A stretch of 64,000 bases of DNA from Tubiluchus corallicola (Eukaryota > Animalia > Priapulida), in contig JAQGDQ010000581.1 in the NCBI GenBank assembly GCA_030141605.1, positions 62,001 through 126,000 of the forward strand, given 5' to 3'. Each line of letters starts with the position of its first letter. Within the stretch, counting starts at the first letter, position 1. The position numbers were made by a program, and so were the translations under genes. Below, in pieces: positions 61,668 to 64,000 of this stretch. The notes beneath the pieces are model-generated. The model did not search any database. It saw nothing but the letters and a program-made list of their open reading frames with translations, and had not been told where the DNA came from.

Positions 61668-62105
61668 CCGTATTTTCCCGTGTATAAGAGACCCTTTTTT
61701 GCTCAGAATTTTCACTTTAAAAATAGGGGGTCTCTTATACATGGGAGTAAGTCTTTTCAATAAGATGCATAAATTGTGACACTAATGATTTTAAAGAAAT
61801 AAGTGCTCTACAACTGTTTTGCGTGTCGCGTTCGACTATGAAGCGGTTGTAAGCAATACAAGCATCGTGACACAGGCATTATCTCCTCGTTTTCTCTTTT
61901 CCTGTTACAGGTTTGCAGGTACGCACTTTAATATATACCAGTACTCTTTTTCTACAACACATTAACTGGTTTTATTTTGTTTTCAGTACCGCACTGAGTT
62001 GAAAAAAGTTGTACTCTACCCTCTAAAAATGTCCGTCTGAAAAAACTTTTTTCCAGAATTTTTGCCTAAAAATTGAAGGGGTCTCTTATACACGGGAAAA
62101 TACGG
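61668..62105 (-). mobile_element. MITE family C copy 2, nested in the Gypsy 3' region
   Basis: TA|CCGTATTTTCCCGTGTATAAGAGACCC ... GGGTCTCTTATACACGGGAAAATACGG|TA; inverted relative to 33356-33881. Confidence 0.93.
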
Positions 62106-62597
62106 TAATTGATTCAGTAACAATTGTAATTACACGTACACTTTTAGGCTACGATCTGTGTGCTTAAAAACCGCGCAAATTAAAACTGATGCGATACCTC
62201 TTTTATTTTAATAAAATGTAGTAACACAGTTTCAGCTTCGAATGTTAAAAAAGAACCGCTAAAATGCACTTTTGTTAAAATAACTGAAAAATTGTAGTAT
62301 TTAATTTGGTTATTACTGGTTCTAATATCCGTAGAGAAGTTGTATAGGAATCCTATTTTATTTTTCCTTAGTAGTGATTGTAAATGTAATTAAGTGGATA
62401 CGTCAGGTATTAATTAAGTTAAAGGAAAAGCATACTCGAAATTTTGTAAACCTGAACATCCATACATGTGCACACAAATGATTATGAAAATAAAAATCTT
62501 TTTGCGCGTTGAGGTTAAATGCAAGCGGTTGGCGTCAACTGCCACCATTGTTTCTGGAATAAGTAGCGTTTTCTAAAAGCGAGGACGCTTTTATTTC

Positions 62598-62610
62598 AGA
62601 AAGGTGGGGG
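62598..62610 (+). other. Polypurine tract
   Basis: AGAAAGGTGGGGG, 3 nt upstream of the 3' LTR. Confidence 0.8.
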
Positions 62611-62613
62611 TAT

Positions 62614-62998
62614 TGTAGCGGGTCGCTGAATCAAACCGTCACGGGCTTCGTGAAAATGCAGTGTATTGAATGTAAAATTGCCTGGGCCAATCAGAGCTCA
62701 GTTTTCTAGGCCAATTTTCTCGAGCGTGTAACCTGTTCTCGTAGATTCGAGGGCAGTGCGTTCTCGGCCATGTTCGGCTTCGGGTTTCATTTTGTTTTTC
62801 TCTTCTTGTTTGCTGTTATTAAGTCAGTCGTGATTCAGTAATTTTTGGTTCAATCTATTGGTTTGCATTTCGACTCAACGCGTAAGGTTCAGCTATAAAC
62901 TGTTGTTAAGTGTTTCATTTTACTGTTTTTCTTTCTTTTCTTTTTTTATAATTTTCTTGAGTTAACTATGTATCCTTGTTATCGTGGACGGCGTCACA
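62614..62998 (+). repeat. 3' LTR (385 bp)
   Basis: TGTAGCGGGTCG...GGCGTCACA. Confidence 0.96.
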
Positions 62999-63689
62999 AT
63001 ATATCAATATACATTTGAACCGCTGTAAATCAGGTTATATATGTTATAGATAAATATTATATATGTGTGTGTGTGCGTGCGTGCGTGTGCATGCGTGAGT
63101 GCGTGCGTTTGTGTATTTGCCAATTAAAAAAAACTGATATTCATAAGCATAAAAGCACACTGCAACACGAGGATAAAATTCACGCAACTGTTAAAGGCAA
63201 AGGTGTTCAGTGCGAACTAGGAACCTCATCGTTTGTGCGGGACTGTTGTAAAGTTGAATGAATGATGATGAGCTAAATGGGAGATGAATTTCACTTTAGC
63301 ATGCAATGCAATGTTATTGTCAAGAAAGGACTGCGTTCTCAAATCAAATATCAGACATTTTTCCAAAATTCCCATTCATGCGTGATATTAATAAGAATTC
63401 ATTTTCAAATAAAAGTGGAGAAGTGGAAGTTAAAAAATTCTTAATTGACTATGCGCATGATATTTCAACAATATGTGATTCTGAATTAAGAGGTAAGAAT
63501 TAATTTTGCTAAGAATTAATGTATTCAATCAGCACTGTGATACATATGTAATATGTTAGTTATAAATTGCAGTATTCTTTTTAATCAAATATGCTCAAAA
63601 AGAGCTGTGCATTTGTAGGGACGTGTTTCTGTATGAATTGTTTATTTAATTGTTTGATATATTAACTGTTTGCAGCATAAATAGCCGCT

Positions 63690-64000
63690 GGCAGCACAAT
63701 GGTGTTGCACAAACGAAGCTTGATTTACTTGTCAATTTTCTTGCTTGCCCAGATTTTTCCCATCTTCCTAAACACTGCTGCTGCTTTGTCACTTCTCATC
63801 CTGACGTCGCTTTCTGCACCTCCATCACAACTCATCACAGAGCCAAGATATGAGAAGCTGGCAACGTTCTCAATCAGTTGACCTCCCACTGATATTTGTG
63901 CATCATTTTGCTGGTTTGTCCACACTGTCAAAACTTTGGTCTTGTTATGACTTGTTCTCAGTCCAATTTTTGCCGCTACTTCTGCCAGACTTGTGGTCAA
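63690..64000 (-). mobile_element. RTE-like LINE RT fragment running off the window end
   Basis: AAKIGLRTSHNKTKVL..IENVASFSYLGS..DVRMR..AAAVFRKMGKIW, the distal RT motifs of RTE-type elements. Confidence 0.85.

Larger units (their letters stand above)
53994..62998 (+). mobile_element. Full-length but disabled Ty3/Gypsy LTR retrotransposon (9.0 kb)
   Basis: TG...CA LTR pair, 4-bp TSD ATAT (53990-53993 and 62999-63002), PBS and PPT. Domain order is CCHC-PR-RT-RH-INT, with multiple stops and frameshifts. Confidence 0.97.

Noticed and set aside
60838-62597. env or extra gene in the Gypsy 3' region
   Set aside because: AT-rich, with no ORF over ~65 aa; part of it is a MITE.

Overview
AT-rich, repeat-dense animal (probably invertebrate) nuclear DNA; nothing here looks prokaryotic. 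There are three intact genes: an intronless GT8/GXYLT-like glycosyltransferase (11143-12483 +), a full-length UTX/KDM6A-type H3K27 demethylase with no intron in its CDS (19441-22587 -), and an 8-exon FAM92/CIBAR BAR-domain gene (31184-45153 -). Also present are a lone signal-peptide exon (1417-1477 -) and a frameshifted trypsin-like pseudogene (8183-8590 +). Mobile DNA includes a full-length but disabled Ty3/Gypsy element (53994-62998; LTRs, ATAT TSD, tRNA-Leu PBS), hAT, Tc1/pogo and piggyBac-like MITEs, several LINE remnants, a 5S-rRNA-headed retroelement, and several minisatellites. The most interesting observations are: (i) a 1.4-kb block present twice in inverted orientation that carries canonical 21-30 nt micro-exons, plus a three-copy first-exon module with a conserved 9-codon mini-ORF; (ii) the intronless KDM6; (iii) the 5S-LINE chimera; (iv) the Gypsy insertion into the centre of a palindrome whose empty copy lies in the same window; (v) amplified CTCF-like motifs. 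All family assignments come from reading motifs by eye, not from database searches.
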